DNA from: Eledone cirrhosa | Taxonomy: Eukaryota | Assembly (NCBI GenBank): GCA_964016885.1 | Contig: OZ024740.1 | Location: 423,088,001 to 423,152,000 of the forward strand | Reading direction: 5' to 3' | Length of the DNA stretch: 64,000 nt | Shown here: piece after piece, positions 10,720 to 29,300 of the stretch | How the letters are laid out: every line of letters begins with the position of its first letter | How positions within the stretch are numbered: the first letter of the stretch is position 1 | Translations under genes and position numbers: made by a program | Notes under the pieces: model-generated | The model's database searches: none | Told to the model about the DNA's origin: nothing | Seen by the model: only the letters and a program-made list of their open reading frames with translations

Positions 10720-13530
10720 CATACACTCACATATACATACAGGCAGACACTCACATAAACATACAGGCAGACACTCACACATATATACAGGCAGACATTC
10801 ACATATACATACAGGCAGACACACACATATACATACAGGCAGACACTCACATATACATACAGGCAGACACACACATATACATAAAAGCAGACACTCACTT
10901 ATACATACAGGCATACACTCACATATACATACAGGCAGACACACACCCATATACATATACAGGCAGACACTCACATATACATACAAGCAGACACTCACAT
11001 ATACATACAGGCAGACACACCCATATACATACAGGCATACACTCACATATACATACAGGCAGACACACACATATACATACAGGCAGACACTCACATATAC
11101 ATACAGGCAGACACTCACATATACATACAGGCAGACACACACATATACATACAGGCAGACACTCACATATACATACAGGCAGACACACACATATACATAC
11201 AGGCAGACACTCACATATACATACAGGCAGAAACACACATATACATACAGGCAGACACTCACACATATACATACAGGCAGACACACACACATATATACAG
11301 GCATACACTCACATATACATACAGGCAGACACTCACATATACATACAGGCAGACACACACATATACATACAGGCATACACTCACATATACATACAGGCAG
11401 ACACTCACATATACATACAGGCATACACTCACATATTCATACAGGCATACACACACATATACATACAGGCAGACACAAACATATACATACAGGCAGACAC
11501 TCACATATACATACAGGCATACACTCACATATAGATACAGGCAGACACTCACACATATACATACAGGCAGACACTCACACATATACATACAGGCAGACAC
11601 ACACATATACATACAGGCAGACACACACATATACATACAGGCAGACACTCACACATATACATACAGGCAGACACTCACATATACATACAGGCATACACTC
11701 ACATATACATACAGGCATACACTCACATATACATACAGGCAGACACTCACATATACATACAGGCATACACTCACATATTCATACAGGCATACACACACAT
11801 ATACATATACATATACAGGCAGACACTCACATATACATACAGGCATACACACACATATACATACAGGCATACACACACATATACATACAGGAAGACACTC
11901 ACATATACATATACAGGCAGACACACACATATACATACAGGCAAACACACACATATACATACAGGAAGACACTCACATATACATACAGGCATACACTCAC
12001 ATATACATACAAGCATACACTCACATATACATACAGGCAGACACACACATATACATACAGGCAGACACACACATATACATAAAAGCAGACACTCACTTAT
12101 ACATACAGGCATACACTCACATATACATACAGGCAGACACTCACATAAACATACAGGCAGACACTCACACATATATACAGGCAGACATTCACATATACAT
12201 ACAGGCAGACACACACATATACATACAGGCAGACACTCACATATACATACAGGCAGACACACACATATACATAAAAGCAGACACTCACTTATACATACAG
12301 GCATACACTCACATATACATACAGGCAGACACACACCCATATACATATACAGGCAGACACTCACATATACATACAAGCAGACACTCACATATACATACAG
12401 GCAGACACACCCATATACATACAGGCATACACTCACATATACATACAGGCAGACACACACATATACATACAGGCAGACACTCACATATACATACAGGCAG
12501 ACACTCACATATACATACAGGCAGACACACACATATACATACAGGCAGACACTCACATATACATACAGGCAGACACACACATATACATACAGGCAGACAC
12601 TCACATATACATACAGGCAGACACTCACATATACATACAGGCAGACACACACATATACATACAGGCAGACACTCACATATACATACAGGCAGACACACAC
12701 ATATACATACAGGCAGACACTCACATATACATACAGGCAGAAACACACATATACATACAGGCAGACACTCACACATATACATACAGGCAGACACACACAC
12801 ATATATACAGGCATACACTCACATATACATACAGGCAGACACTCACATATACATACAGGCAGACACACACATATACATACAGGCAGACACTCACATATAC
12901 ATACAGGCATACACTCACATATAGATACAGGCAGACACTCACACATATACATACAGGCAGACACTCACACATATACATACAGGCAGACACACACATATAC
13001 ATACAGGCAGACACACACATATACATACAGGCAGACACTCACACATATACATACAGGCAGACACTCACATATACATACAGGCATACACTCACATATACAT
13101 ACAGGCATACACTCACATATACATACAGGCAGACACTCACATATACATACAGGCATACACTCACATATTCATACAGGCATACACACACATATACATATAC
13201 ATATACAGGCAGACACTCACATATACATACAGGCATACACACACATATACATACAGGCATACACACACATATACATACAGGAAGACACTCACATATACAT
13301 ATACAGGCAGACACACACATATACATACAGGCAAACACACACACATACATACAGGAAGACACTCACATATACATACAGGCATACACTCACATATACATAC
13401 AAGCATACACTCACATATACATACAGGCAGACACACACATATACATACAGGCATACACACACATATACATAAAAGCAGACACTCACTTATACATACAGGC
13501 ATACACTCACATATACATACAGGCAGACAC
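10720..13530 (+). repeat. ~1390-bp tandem higher-order duplication
   Basis: cataaac at 10754/12144 and aaaagcag at 12081/13471. Matching ORF-track entries occur at +1390 (11575/12965, 11649/13039, 11899/13289). Confidence 0.85.
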
Positions 13531-14049
13531 ACACCCATATACATACAGGCATACACTCACATATACATATACAGGCATACACTCACATATACATACAGGC
13601 AGACACTCACATATACATACAGGCAGACACTCACACATATATACAGGCAGACATTCACATATACATACAGGCAGACACACACATATACATATACAGGCAG
13701 ACACTCACATATACATACAAGCAGACACTCACATATACATACAGGCAGACACTCACATATACATACAGGCAGACACTCACATATACATACAGGCATACAC
13801 TCACATATACATACAGGCAGACACTCACACATATACATACAGGCAGACACTCACACATATACATACAGGCAGACACACACATATACATACAGGCAGACAC
13901 ACACATATACATACAGGCAGACACTCACACATATACATACAGGCAGACACTCACATATACATACAGGCATACACTCACATATACATACAGGCATACACTG
14001 ACATATACATACAGGCAGACACTCACATATACATACAGGCATACACTCA

Positions 14050-17000
14050 CATATACATACAGGCATACACACACATATACATATACAGGCAGACACTCAC
14101 ATATACATACAGGCATACACACACATATACATACAGGCATACACACACATATACATACAGGCATACACACACATATACATACAGGAAGACACTCACATAT
14201 ACATATACAGGCAGACACACACATATACATACAGGCAGACACACACATAAACATACAGGAAGACACTCACATATACATATACAGGCAGACACACACATAT
14301 ACATACAGGCAAACACACACATATACATACAGGAAGACACTCACATATACATACAGGCATACACTCACATATACATACAAGCATACACTCACATATACAT
14401 ACAGGCAGACACACACATACATATACAGGCAGACACTCACATATACATACAGGCAGACACACACATATACATACAGGCATACACTCACATATACATACAG
14501 GCAGACACACACATATACATACAGGCATACACACACATATACATACAGGCAGACACACACATATACATACAGACAGACACACACATATACATACAGGCAG
14601 ACACTCACATATACATACAGGCAGACACACACATATACATACAGGCATACACACACATATACATACAGGCAGACACACACATATACATACAGGTAGACAC
14701 ACACATATACATACAGGCAGACACTCACATATACATACAGGCAGACACTCACATATACATACAGGCAGACACACACGTATACATACAGGCAGACACTCAC
14801 ATATACATACAGGCAGACACTCACATATACATACAGGCAGACACTGACACATATACATACAGGCATACACTCACATATACATACAGGCAGACACTCACAT
14901 ATGCATACAGGCAGACACACACATATACATACAGGCAGACACACACATATACATACAGACAAACACACACATATACATACAGGCATACACTCACATATAC
15001 ATACAGGCAGACACTCACATATGCATACAGGCAGACACTCACACATATGCATACAGGCAGACACTCACATATACATACAGGCAGTCACACACATATACAT
15101 ACAGGCAGACACACACATATACATACAGGCAGACACTCACATATACATACAGGCAGACACACACATATACATACAGGCAGACACACACCCATATACATAC
15201 AGGCAGACACACACATATACATAGAGGCAGACACTCACATACATATACATACAGGCAGACACACAAATATACATACAGGCAGACACACACATATACATAT
15301 AGGCAGACACACACACATATACATACAGGCAGACACACACATATACATACAGGTATACACTCACATACATATACAGGCAGACACTCACATATACATACAG
15401 GCAGACACACACATATACATACAGGCAGTCACTCACATATACATACAGGCAGACACACACATATACATACAGGCATACACACACATATACATACAGGCAG
15501 ACACACACATATACATACAGACAGACACACACAGACATACAGGCAGACACTCACATATACATACAGGCAGACACTCACATATACATACAGGCAGACACAC
15601 ACATATACATACAGGCAGACACACATACATATACATACAGGCAGACACTCACATATATATACATTCAGGCAGACACACACATATACATACAGGCAGACAC
15701 TCACATATACATACAGGAAGACACACACATATACATACAGGCAGACACACACACATATACATACAGCAGACACACACATATACATACAGGCAGACACACA
15801 CACATATACATACAGGCAGACACTCACATATACATACAGGCAGACACACACATATACATACAGGCAGACACACACATATACATACAGGCATACACTCACA
15901 TATACATACAGGCAGACACTCACATATAAATACAGGCAGACACACACATATACATACAGGCATACACTCACATATACATACAGGCAGACACACACATATA
16001 CATACAGGCAGACACACACATATACATATACAGGCAGACACTCACATATACATACAGGCAGACACACACCCATATACATACAGGCAGACACACCCATATA
16101 CATACAGGCAGACACACACATATACATACAGGAAGACACACATATATACATACAGGCAGACACTCACATATACATACAGGCAGACACACACATATACATA
16201 GAGGCAGACACACACATATACATACAGGCATACACTCACATATACATACAGGTAGACACACATATATACATACTGGCAGACACTCACATATACATACAGG
16301 CAGACACACACATATACATACAGGCAGACACACACATATACATACAGGCAGACACACACATATACATACAGGCATACACTCACATATACATACAGGTAGA
16401 CACACACATATACATACAGGCAGACACACCCATATACATACAGGCAGACACACCCATATACATACAGGCAGACACTCACATATACATACAGGCAGACACT
16501 CACAAATACATACAGGCAGACACACACATATACATACAGGCAGATACACACATATACATACAGGCAGACACACACATATACATACAGGCATACACTCACA
16601 TATACATACAGGCATACACTCACATATACATACAGGCAGACACTGACACATATACATACAGGCAGACACACACATATACATACAGGCAGACACACACATA
16701 TACATACAGACAGACACACACATATACATACAGGCAGACACTCACATATACATACAGGCAGACACACACATACACATACAGGCAGACACTCACATATACA
16801 TACAGGCAGACATTCCCATATACATACAGGCATACACTCACATATACGTACAGGCAGACATTCCCATATACATACAGGCAGAAACTCACATATACATACA
16901 GGCAGACACACACATATACATACAGGCAGACACACACATATACATAAAAGCAGACACTCACTTATACATACAGGCATACACTCACATATACATACAGGCA

Positions 17001-20000
17001 GACACACACCCATATACATACAGGCATACACTCACATATACATATACAGGCATACACTCACATATACATACAGGCAGACACTCACATAAACATACAGGCA
17101 GACACTCACACATATATACAGGCAGACATTCACATATACATACAGGCATACACTCACATATACATACAGGCAGACACACACCCATATACATATACAGGCA
17201 GACACTCACATATACATACAAGCAGACACTCACATATACATACAGGCAGACACACCCATATACATACAGGCATACACTCACATATACATACAGGCAGACA
17301 CACACATATACATACAGGCAGACACTCACATATACATACAGGCAGACACTCACATATACATACAGGCAGACACATATACATACAGGCAGACACTCACATA
17401 TACATACAGGCAGACACACACATATACATACAGGCAGACACTCACATATACATACAGGCAGACACTCACATATACATACAGGCAGACACACACATATACA
17501 TACAGGCAGACACTCACATATACATACAGGCAGACACACACATATACATACAGGCAGACACTCACATATACATACAGGCAGACACACACATATACATACA
17601 GGCAGACACTCACACATATACATACAGGCAGACACACACACATATATACAGGCATACACTCACATATACATACAGGCAGACACTCACATATACATACAGG
17701 CAGACACACACATATACATACAGGCAGACACTCACATATACATACAGGCATACACTCACATATAGATACAGGCAGACACTCACACATATACATACAGGCA
17801 GACACTCACACATATACATACAGGCAGACACACACATATACATACAGGCAGACACACACATATACATACAGGCAGACACTCACACATATACATACAGGCA
17901 GACACTCACATATACATACAGGCATACACTCACATATACATACAGGCATACACTCACATATACATACAGGCAGACACTCACATATACATACAGGCATACA
18001 CTCACATATTCATACAGGCATACACACACATATACATATACATATACAGGCAGACACTCACATATACATACAGGCATACACACACATATACATACAGGCA
18101 TACACACACATATACATACAGGAAGACACTCACATATACATATACAGGCAGACACACACATATACATACAGGCAAACACACACATATACATACAGGAAGA
18201 CACTCACATATACATACAGGCATACACTCACATATACATACAAGCATACACTCACATATACATACAGGCAGACACACACATATACATACAGGCAGACACA
18301 CACATATACATAAAAGCAGACACTCACTTATACATACAGGCATACACTCACATATACATACAGGCAGACACACACCCATATACATACAGGCATACACTCA
18401 CATATACATATACAGGCATACACTCACATATACATACAGGCAGACACTCACATATACATACAGGCAGACACTCACACATATATACAGGCAGACATTCACA
18501 TATACATACAGGCAGACACACACATATACATATACAGGCAGACACTCACATATACATACAAGCAGACACTCACATATACATACAGGCAGACACTCACATA
18601 TACATACAGGCAGACACTCACATATACATACAGGCATACACTCACATATACATACAGGCAGACACTCACACATATACATACAGGCAGACACTCACACATA
18701 TACATACAGGCATACACACACATATACATATACAGGCAGACACTCACATATACATACAGGCATACACACACATATACATACAGGCATACACACACATATA
18801 CATACAGGCATACACACACATATACATACAGGAAGACACTCACATATACATATACAGGCAGACACACACATATACATACAGGCAGACACACACATAAACA
18901 TACAGGAAGACACTCACATATACATATACAGGCAGACACACACATATACATACAGGCAAACACACACATATACATACAGGAAGACACTCACATATACATA
19001 CAGGCATACACTCACATATACATACAAGCATACACTCACATATACATACAGGCAGACACACACATACATATACAGGCAGACACTCACATATACATACAGG
19101 CAGACACACACATATACATACAGGCATACACTCACATATACATACAGGCAGACACACACATATACATACAGGCATACACACACATATACATACAGGCAGA
19201 CACACACATATACATACAGACAGACACACACATATACATACAGGCAGACACTCACATATACATACAGGCAGACACACACATATACATACAGGCATACACA
19301 CACATATACATACAGGCAGACACACACATATACATACAGGTAGACACACACATATACATACAGGCAGACACTCACATATACATACAGGCAGACACTCACA
19401 TATACATACAGGCAGACACACACGTATACATACAGGCAGACACTCACATATACATACAGGCAGACACTCACATATACATACAGGCAGACACTGACACATA
19501 TACATACAGGCATACACTCACATATACATACAGGCAGACACTCACATATGCATACAGGCAGACACACACATATACATACAGGCAGACACACACATATACA
19601 TACAGACAAACACACACATATACATACAGGCATACACTCACATATACATACAGGCAGACACTCACATATGCATACAGGCAGACACTCACACATATGCATA
19701 CAGGCAGACACTCACATATACATACAGGCAGTCACACACATATACATACAGGCAGACACACACATATACATACAGGCAGACACTCACATATACATACAGG
19801 CAGACACACACATATACATACAGGCAGACACACACCCATATACATACAGGCAGACACACACATATACATAGAGGCAGACACTCACATACATATACATACA
19901 GGCAGACACACAAATATACATACAGGCAGACACACACATATACATATAGGCAGACACACACACATATACATACAGGCAGACACACACATATACATACAGG

Positions 20001-23000
20001 TATACACTCACATACATATACAGGCAGACACTCACATATACATACAGGCAGACACACACATATACATACAGGCAGTCACTCACATATACATACAGGCAGA
20101 CACACACATATACATACAGGCATACACACACATATACATACAGGCAGACACACACATATACATACAGACAGACACACACAGACATACAGGCAGACACTCA
20201 CATATACATACAGGCAGACACTCACATATACATACAGGCAGACACACACATATACATACAGGCAGACACACATACATATACATACAGGCAGACACTCACA
20301 TATATATACATTCAGGCAGACACACACATATACATACAGGCAGACACTCACATATACATACAGGAAGACACACACATATACATACAGGCAGACACACACA
20401 CATATACATACAGCAGACACACACATATACATACAGGCAGACACACACACATATACATACAGGCAGACACTCACATATACATACAGGCAGACACACACAT
20501 ATACATACAGGCAGACACACACATATACATACAGGCATACACTCACATATACATACAGGCAGACACTCACATATAAATACAGGCAGACACACACATATAC
20601 ATACAGGCATACACTCACATATACATACAGGCAGACACACACATATACATACAGGCAGACACACACATATACATATACAGGCAGACACTCACATATACAT
20701 ACAGGCAGACACACACCCATATACATACAGGCAGACACACCCATATACATACAGGCAGACACACACATATACATACAGGAAGACACACATATATACATAC
20801 AGGCAGACACTCACATATACATACAGGCAGACACACACATATACATAGAGGCAGACACACACATATACATACAGGCATACACTCACATATACATACAGGT
20901 AGACACACATATATACATACTGGCAGACACTCACATATACATACAGGCAGACACACACATATACATACAGGCAGACACACACATATACATACAGGCAGAC
21001 ACACACATATACATACAGGCATACACTCACATATACATACAGGTAGACACACACATATACATACAGGCAGACACACCCATATACATACAGGCAGACACAC
21101 CCATATACATACAGGCAGACACTCACATATACATACAGGCAGACACTCACAAATACATACAGGCAGACACACACATATACATACAGGCAGATACACACAT
21201 ATACATACAGGCAGACACACACATATACATACAGGCATACACTCACATATACATACAGGCATACACTCACATATACATACAGGCAGACACTGACACATAT
21301 ACATACAGGCAGACACACACATATACATACAGGCAGACACACACATATACATACAGACAGACACACACATATACATACAGGCAGACACTCACATATACAT
21401 ACAGGCAGACACACACATACACATACAGGCAGACACTCACATATACATACAGGCAGACATTCCCATATACATACAGGCATACACTCACATATACGTACAG
21501 GCAGACATTCCCATATACATACAGGCAGAAACTCACATATACATACAGGCAGACACACACATATACATACAGGCAGACACACACATATACATAAAAGCAG
21601 ACACTCACTTATACATACAGGCATACACTCACATATACATACAGGCAGACACACACCCATATACATACAGGCATACACTCACATATACATATACAGGCAT
21701 ACACTCACATATACATACAGGCAGACACTCACATAAACATACAGGCAGACACTCACACATATATACAGGCAGACATTCACATATACATACAGGCATACAC
21801 TCACATATACATACAGGCAGACACACACCCATATACATATACAGGCAGACACTCACATATACATACAAGCAGACACTCACATATACATACAGGCAGACAC
21901 ACCCATATACATACAGGCATACACTCACATATACATACAGGCAGACACACACATATACATACAGGCAGACACTCACATATACATACAGGCAGACACTCAC
22001 ATATACATACAGGCAGACACATATACATACAGGCAGACACTCACATATACATACAGGCAGACACACACATATACATACAGGCAGACACTCACATATACAT
22101 ACAGGCAGACACTCACATATACATACAGGCAGACACACACATATACATACAGGCAGACACTCACATATACATACAGGCAGACACACACATATACATACAG
22201 GCAGACACTCACATATACATACAGGCAGACACACACATATACATACAGGCAGACACTCACACATATACATACAGGCAGACACACACACATATATACAGGC
22301 ATACACTCACATATACATACAGGCAGACACTCACATATACATACAGGCAGACACACACATATACATACAGGCAGACACTCACATATACATACAGGCATAC
22401 ACTCACATATAGATACAGGCAGACACTCACACATATACATACAGGCAGACACTCACACATATACATACAGGCAGACACACACATATACATACAGGCAGAC
22501 ACACACATATACATACAGGCAGACACTCACACATATACATACAGGCAGACACTCACATATACATACAGGCATACACTCACATATACATACAGGCATACAC
22601 TCACATATACATACAGGCAGACACTCACATATACATACAGGCATACACTCACATATTCATACAGGCATACACACACATATACATATACATATACAGGCAG
22701 ACACTCACATATACATACAGGCATACACACACATATACATACAGGCATACACACACATATACATACAGGAAGACACTCACATATACATATACAGGCAGAC
22801 ACACACATATACATACAGGCAAACACACACATATACATACAGGAAGACACTCACATATACATACAGGCATACACTCACATATACATACAAGCATACACTC
22901 ACATATACATACAGGCAGACACACACATATACATACAGGCAGACACACACATATACATAAAAGCAGACACTCACTTATACATACAGGCATACACTCACAT

Positions 23001-23345
23001 ATACATACAGGCAGACACACACCCATATACATACAGGCATACACTCACATATACATATACAGGCATACACTCACATATACATACAGGCAGACACTCACAT
23101 ATACATACAGGCAGACACTCACACATATATACAGGCAGACATTCACATATACATACAGGCAGACACACACATATACATATACAGGCAGACACTCACATAT
23201 ACATACAAGCAGACACTCACATATACATACAGGCAGACACTCACATATACATACAGGCAGACACTCACATATACATACAGGCATACACTCACATATACAT
23301 ACAGGCAGACACTCACACATATACATACAGGCAGACACTCACACA
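14050..23345 (+). repeat. Near-perfect 4647-bp tandem higher-order duplication
   Basis: ORF-track entries from 14193 to 18398 recur with the same translations at exactly +4647 (14193/18840, 15047/19694, 16982/21629, 18398/23045). Rare variants (gaggcag, tactggc, cacaaat, acgtac) are shared. Confidence 0.92.
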
Positions 23346-26300
23346 TATACATACAGGCAGACACACACATATACATACAGGCAGACACACACATATACAT
23401 ACAGGCAGACACTCACACATATACATACAGGCAGACACTCACATATACATACAGGCATACACTCACATATACATACAGGCATACACTGACATATACATAC
23501 AGGCAGACACTCACATATACATACAGGCATACACTCACATATACATACAGGCATACACACACATATACATATACAGGCAGACACTCACATATACATACAG
23601 GCATACACACACATATACATACAGGCATACACACACATATACATACAGGAAGACACTCACATATACATATACAGGCAGACACACACATATACATACAGGC
23701 AGACACACACATAAACATACAGGAAGACACTCACATATACATATACAGGCAGACACACACATATACATACAGGCAAACACACACATATACATACAGGAAG
23801 ACACTCACATATACATACAGGCAGACACACACATACATATACAGGCAGACACTCACATATACATACAGGCAGACACACACATATACATACAGGCATACAC
23901 TCACATATACATACAGGCAGACACACACATATACATACAGGCATACACACACATATACATACAGGCAGACACACACATATACATACAGACAGACACACAC
24001 ATATACATACAGGCAGACACTCACATATACATACAGGCAGACACACACATATACATACAGGCATACACACACATATACATACAGGCAGACACACACATAT
24101 ACATACAGGTAGACACACACATATACATACAGGCAGACACTCACATATACATACAGGCAGACACTCACATATACATACAGGCAGACACACACATATACAT
24201 ACAGGCAGACACTCACATATACATACAGGCAGACACTCACATATACATACAGGCAGACACTGACACATATACATACAGGCATACACTCACATATACATAC
24301 AGGCAGACACTCACATATGCATACAGGCAGACACACACATATACATACAGGCAGACACACACATATACATACAGACAAACACACACATATACATACAGGC
24401 ATATACTCACATATACATACAGGCAGACACTCACATATGCATACAGGCAGACACTCACACATATGCATACAGGCAGACACTCACATATACATACAGGCAG
24501 TCACACACATATACATACAGGCAGACACACACATATACATACAGGCAGACACTCACATATACATACAGGCAGACACACACATATACATACAGGCAGACAC
24601 ACACCCATATACATACAGGCAGACACACACATATACATAGAGGCAGACACTCACATACATATACATACAGGCAGACACACAAATATACATACAGGCAGAC
24701 ACACACATATACATATAGGCAGACACACACACATATACATACAGGCAGACACACACATATACATACAGGTATACACTCACATACATATACAGGCAGACAC
24801 TCACATATACATACAGGCAGACACACACATATACATACAGGCAGTCACTCACATATACATACAGGCAGACACACACATATACATACAGGCATACACACAC
24901 ATATACATACAGGCAGACACACACATATACATACAGACAGACACACACAGACATACAGGCAGACACTCACATATACATACAGGCAGACACTCACATATAC
25001 ATACAGGCAGACACACACATATACATACAGGCAGACACACATACATATACATACAGGCAGACACTCACATATATATACATTCAGGCAGACACACACATAT
25101 ACATACAGGCAGACACTCACATATACATACAGGAAGACACACACATATACATACAGGCAGACACACACACATATACATACAGCAGACACACACATATACA
25201 TACAGGCAGACACACACACATATACATACAGGCAGACACTCACATATACATACAGGCAGACACACACATATACATACAGGCAGACACACATACATATACA
25301 TACAGGCAGACACTCACATATATATACATTCAGGCAGACACACGCATATACATACAGGCAGACACTCACATATACATACAGGAAGACACACACATATACA
25401 TACAGGCAGACACACACACATATACATACAGCAGACACACACATATACATACAGGCAGACACACACACATATACATACAGGCAGACACTCACATATAAAT
25501 ACAGGCAGACACACACATATACATACAGGCATACACTCACATATACATACAGGCAGACACACACATATACATACAGGCAGACACACACATATACATATAC
25601 AGGCAGACACTCACATATACATACAGGCAGACACACACCCATATACATACAGGCAGACACACCCATATACATACAGGCAGACACACACATATACATACAG
25701 GAAGACACACATATATACATACAGGCAGACACTCACATATACATACAGGCAGACACACACATATACATACAGGCAGACACACACATATACATACAGGCAG
25801 ACACACACATATACATACAGGCATACACTCACATATACATACAGGTAGACACACACATATACATACAGGCAGACACACCCATATACATACAGGCAGACAC
25901 ACCCATATACATACAGGCAGACACTCACATATACATACAGGCAGACACTCACATATACATACAGGCAGACACACACATATACATACAGGCAGATACACAC
26001 ATATACATACAGGCAGATACACACATATACATACAGGCAGACACACACATATACATACAGGCATACACTCACATATACATACAGGCATACACTCACATAT
26101 ACATACAGGCAGACACTGACACATATACATACAGGCAGACACACACATATACATACAGGCAGACACACACATATACATACAGACAGACACACACATATAC
26201 ATACAGGCAGACACTCACATATACATACAGGCAGACACACACATATACATACAGGCAGACACTCACATATACATACAGGCAGACATTCCCATATACATAC

Positions 26301-29300
26301 AGGCATACACTCACATATACATACAGGCAGACATTCCCATATACATACAGGCAGAAACTCACATATACATACAGGCAGACACACACATATACATATACAG
26401 GCAGACACACACATATACATACAGGCATACACACACATATACATACAGGCAGACACACACATATACATAAAAGCAGACACTCACTTATACATACAGGCAT
26501 ACACTCACATATACATACAGGCAGACACACACCCATATACATACAGGCATACACTCACATATACATATACAGGCATACACTCACATATACACACAGACAG
26601 ACACACACATATACATACAGGCAGACACTCACATAAACATACAGGCAGACACTCACACATATATACAGGCAGACATTCACATATACATACAGGCAGACAC
26701 ACACATATACATAAAAGCAGACACTCACTTATACATACAGGCATACACTCACATATACATACAGGCAGACACACACCCATATACATATACAGGCAGACAC
26801 TCACATATACATACAAGCAGACACTCACATATACATACAGGCAGACACACCCATATACATACAGGCATACACTCACATATACATACAGGCAGACACACAC
26901 ATATACATACAGGCAGACACTCACATATACATACAGGCAGACACTCACATATACATACAGGCAGACACATATACATACAGGCAGACACTCACATATACAT
27001 ACAGGCAGACACACACATATACATACAGGCAGACACTCACATATACATACAGGCAGACACACACATATACATACAGGCAGACACTCACATATACATACAG
27101 GCAGACACACACATATACATACAGGCAGACACTCACACATATACATACAGGCAGACACACACACATATATACAGGCATACACTCACATATACATACAGGC
27201 AGACACTCACATATACATACAGGCAGACACACACATATACATACAGGCAGACACTCACATATATATACAGGCAGACACACACATATACATACAGGCAGAC
27301 ACTCACATATACATACAGGCATACACTCACATATAGATACAGGCAGACACTCACACATATACATACAGGCATACACTCACATATACATACAGGCATACAC
27401 ACACATATACATATACAGGCAGACACTCACATATACATACAGGCAGACACACACATAAACATACAGGAAGACACTCACATATACATATACAGGCAGACAC
27501 ACACATATACATACAGGCAAACACACACATATACATACAGGAAGACACTCACATATACATACAGGCATACACTCACATATACATACAAGCATACACTCAC
27601 ATATACATACAGGCAGACACACACATACATATACAGGCAGACACACACATACATATACAGGCAGACACTCACATATACATACAGGCAGACACACACATAT
27701 ACATACAGGCATACACTCACATATACATACAGGCAGACACACACATATACATACAGGCATACACACACATATACATACAGGCAGACACACACATATACAT
27801 ACAGACAGACACACACATATACATACAGGCAGACACTCACATATACATACAGGCAGACACACACATATACATACAGGCATACACACACATATACATACAG
27901 GCAGACACACACATATACATACAGGTAGACACACACATATACATACAGGCAGACACACACATATACATACAGGCAGACACTCACATATACATACAGGCAT
28001 ACACTCACATATACATACAGGCAGACACTCACATATACATACAGGCAGACACTCACATATACATACAGGCATACACACACATATACATACAGGCATACAC
28101 ACACATATACATACAGGCATACACACACATATACATACAGGCATACACTCACATATACATACAGGCAGACACACACATATACATACAGGCATACACTCAC
28201 ATATACATACAGGCAGACTCACACATATACATACAGGCAGACACTCACATGTACATACAGGCAGACACACACATATACATACAGGCAGACACACACATAT
28301 ACATACAGGCAGACACACACATATACATACAGGCAGACACACACATATACATACAGGCAGACACACACATATACATACAGACAGATACACACATATATAT
28401 ACAGGCAGACACTCACACATATACATACAGGCAGACACTCACATATACATACAGGCAGACACACACATATATATACAGGCAGACACTCACACATATACAT
28501 ACAGGCAGACACACACATATACATACAGGCAGACACACACATAAACATACAGGCAGACACACACATATACATACAGGCATACACTCACATATACATACAG
28601 GCAGACACTCACATATACACACAGACAGACACACACATATACAACAGGAAGACACTCACGTATACATACAGGCAGACACACACATATACATACAGGCAGA
28701 CACTCACATATACATACAGGCAGACACACACATATACATATACAGAGAGACACACACATATACATACAGGCAGACACTCACATATACATACAGGCAGACA
28801 CTCACATATACATACAGGCAGACACTCACATATACATACAGGCAGACACACACATATACATACAGGCAGACACACACATATACATACAGGCAGACACTCA
28901 CACATATACATACAGGCAGACACACACACATACATACAGGTAGACACTCACATATACATACAGGCAGACACTCACATATACATACAGGTAGACACACACA
29001 TATACATACAGGCAGACACTCACATATACATACAGGCATTCACTCACATATACATACGGGCAGACACACACATATACATACAGGCAGACACTCACATATA
29101 CATACAGGCATACGCACACATATATATACAGGCAGACACACACATATACATACAGGAAGACACTCACATACATATACAGGCAGACACTCACATATACATA
29201 CAGGCAGACACACACATATACATACAGGCAGACACACACATATACATACAGGCATACACTCACATATACATACAGGCAGACACTCACATATACATACAGG

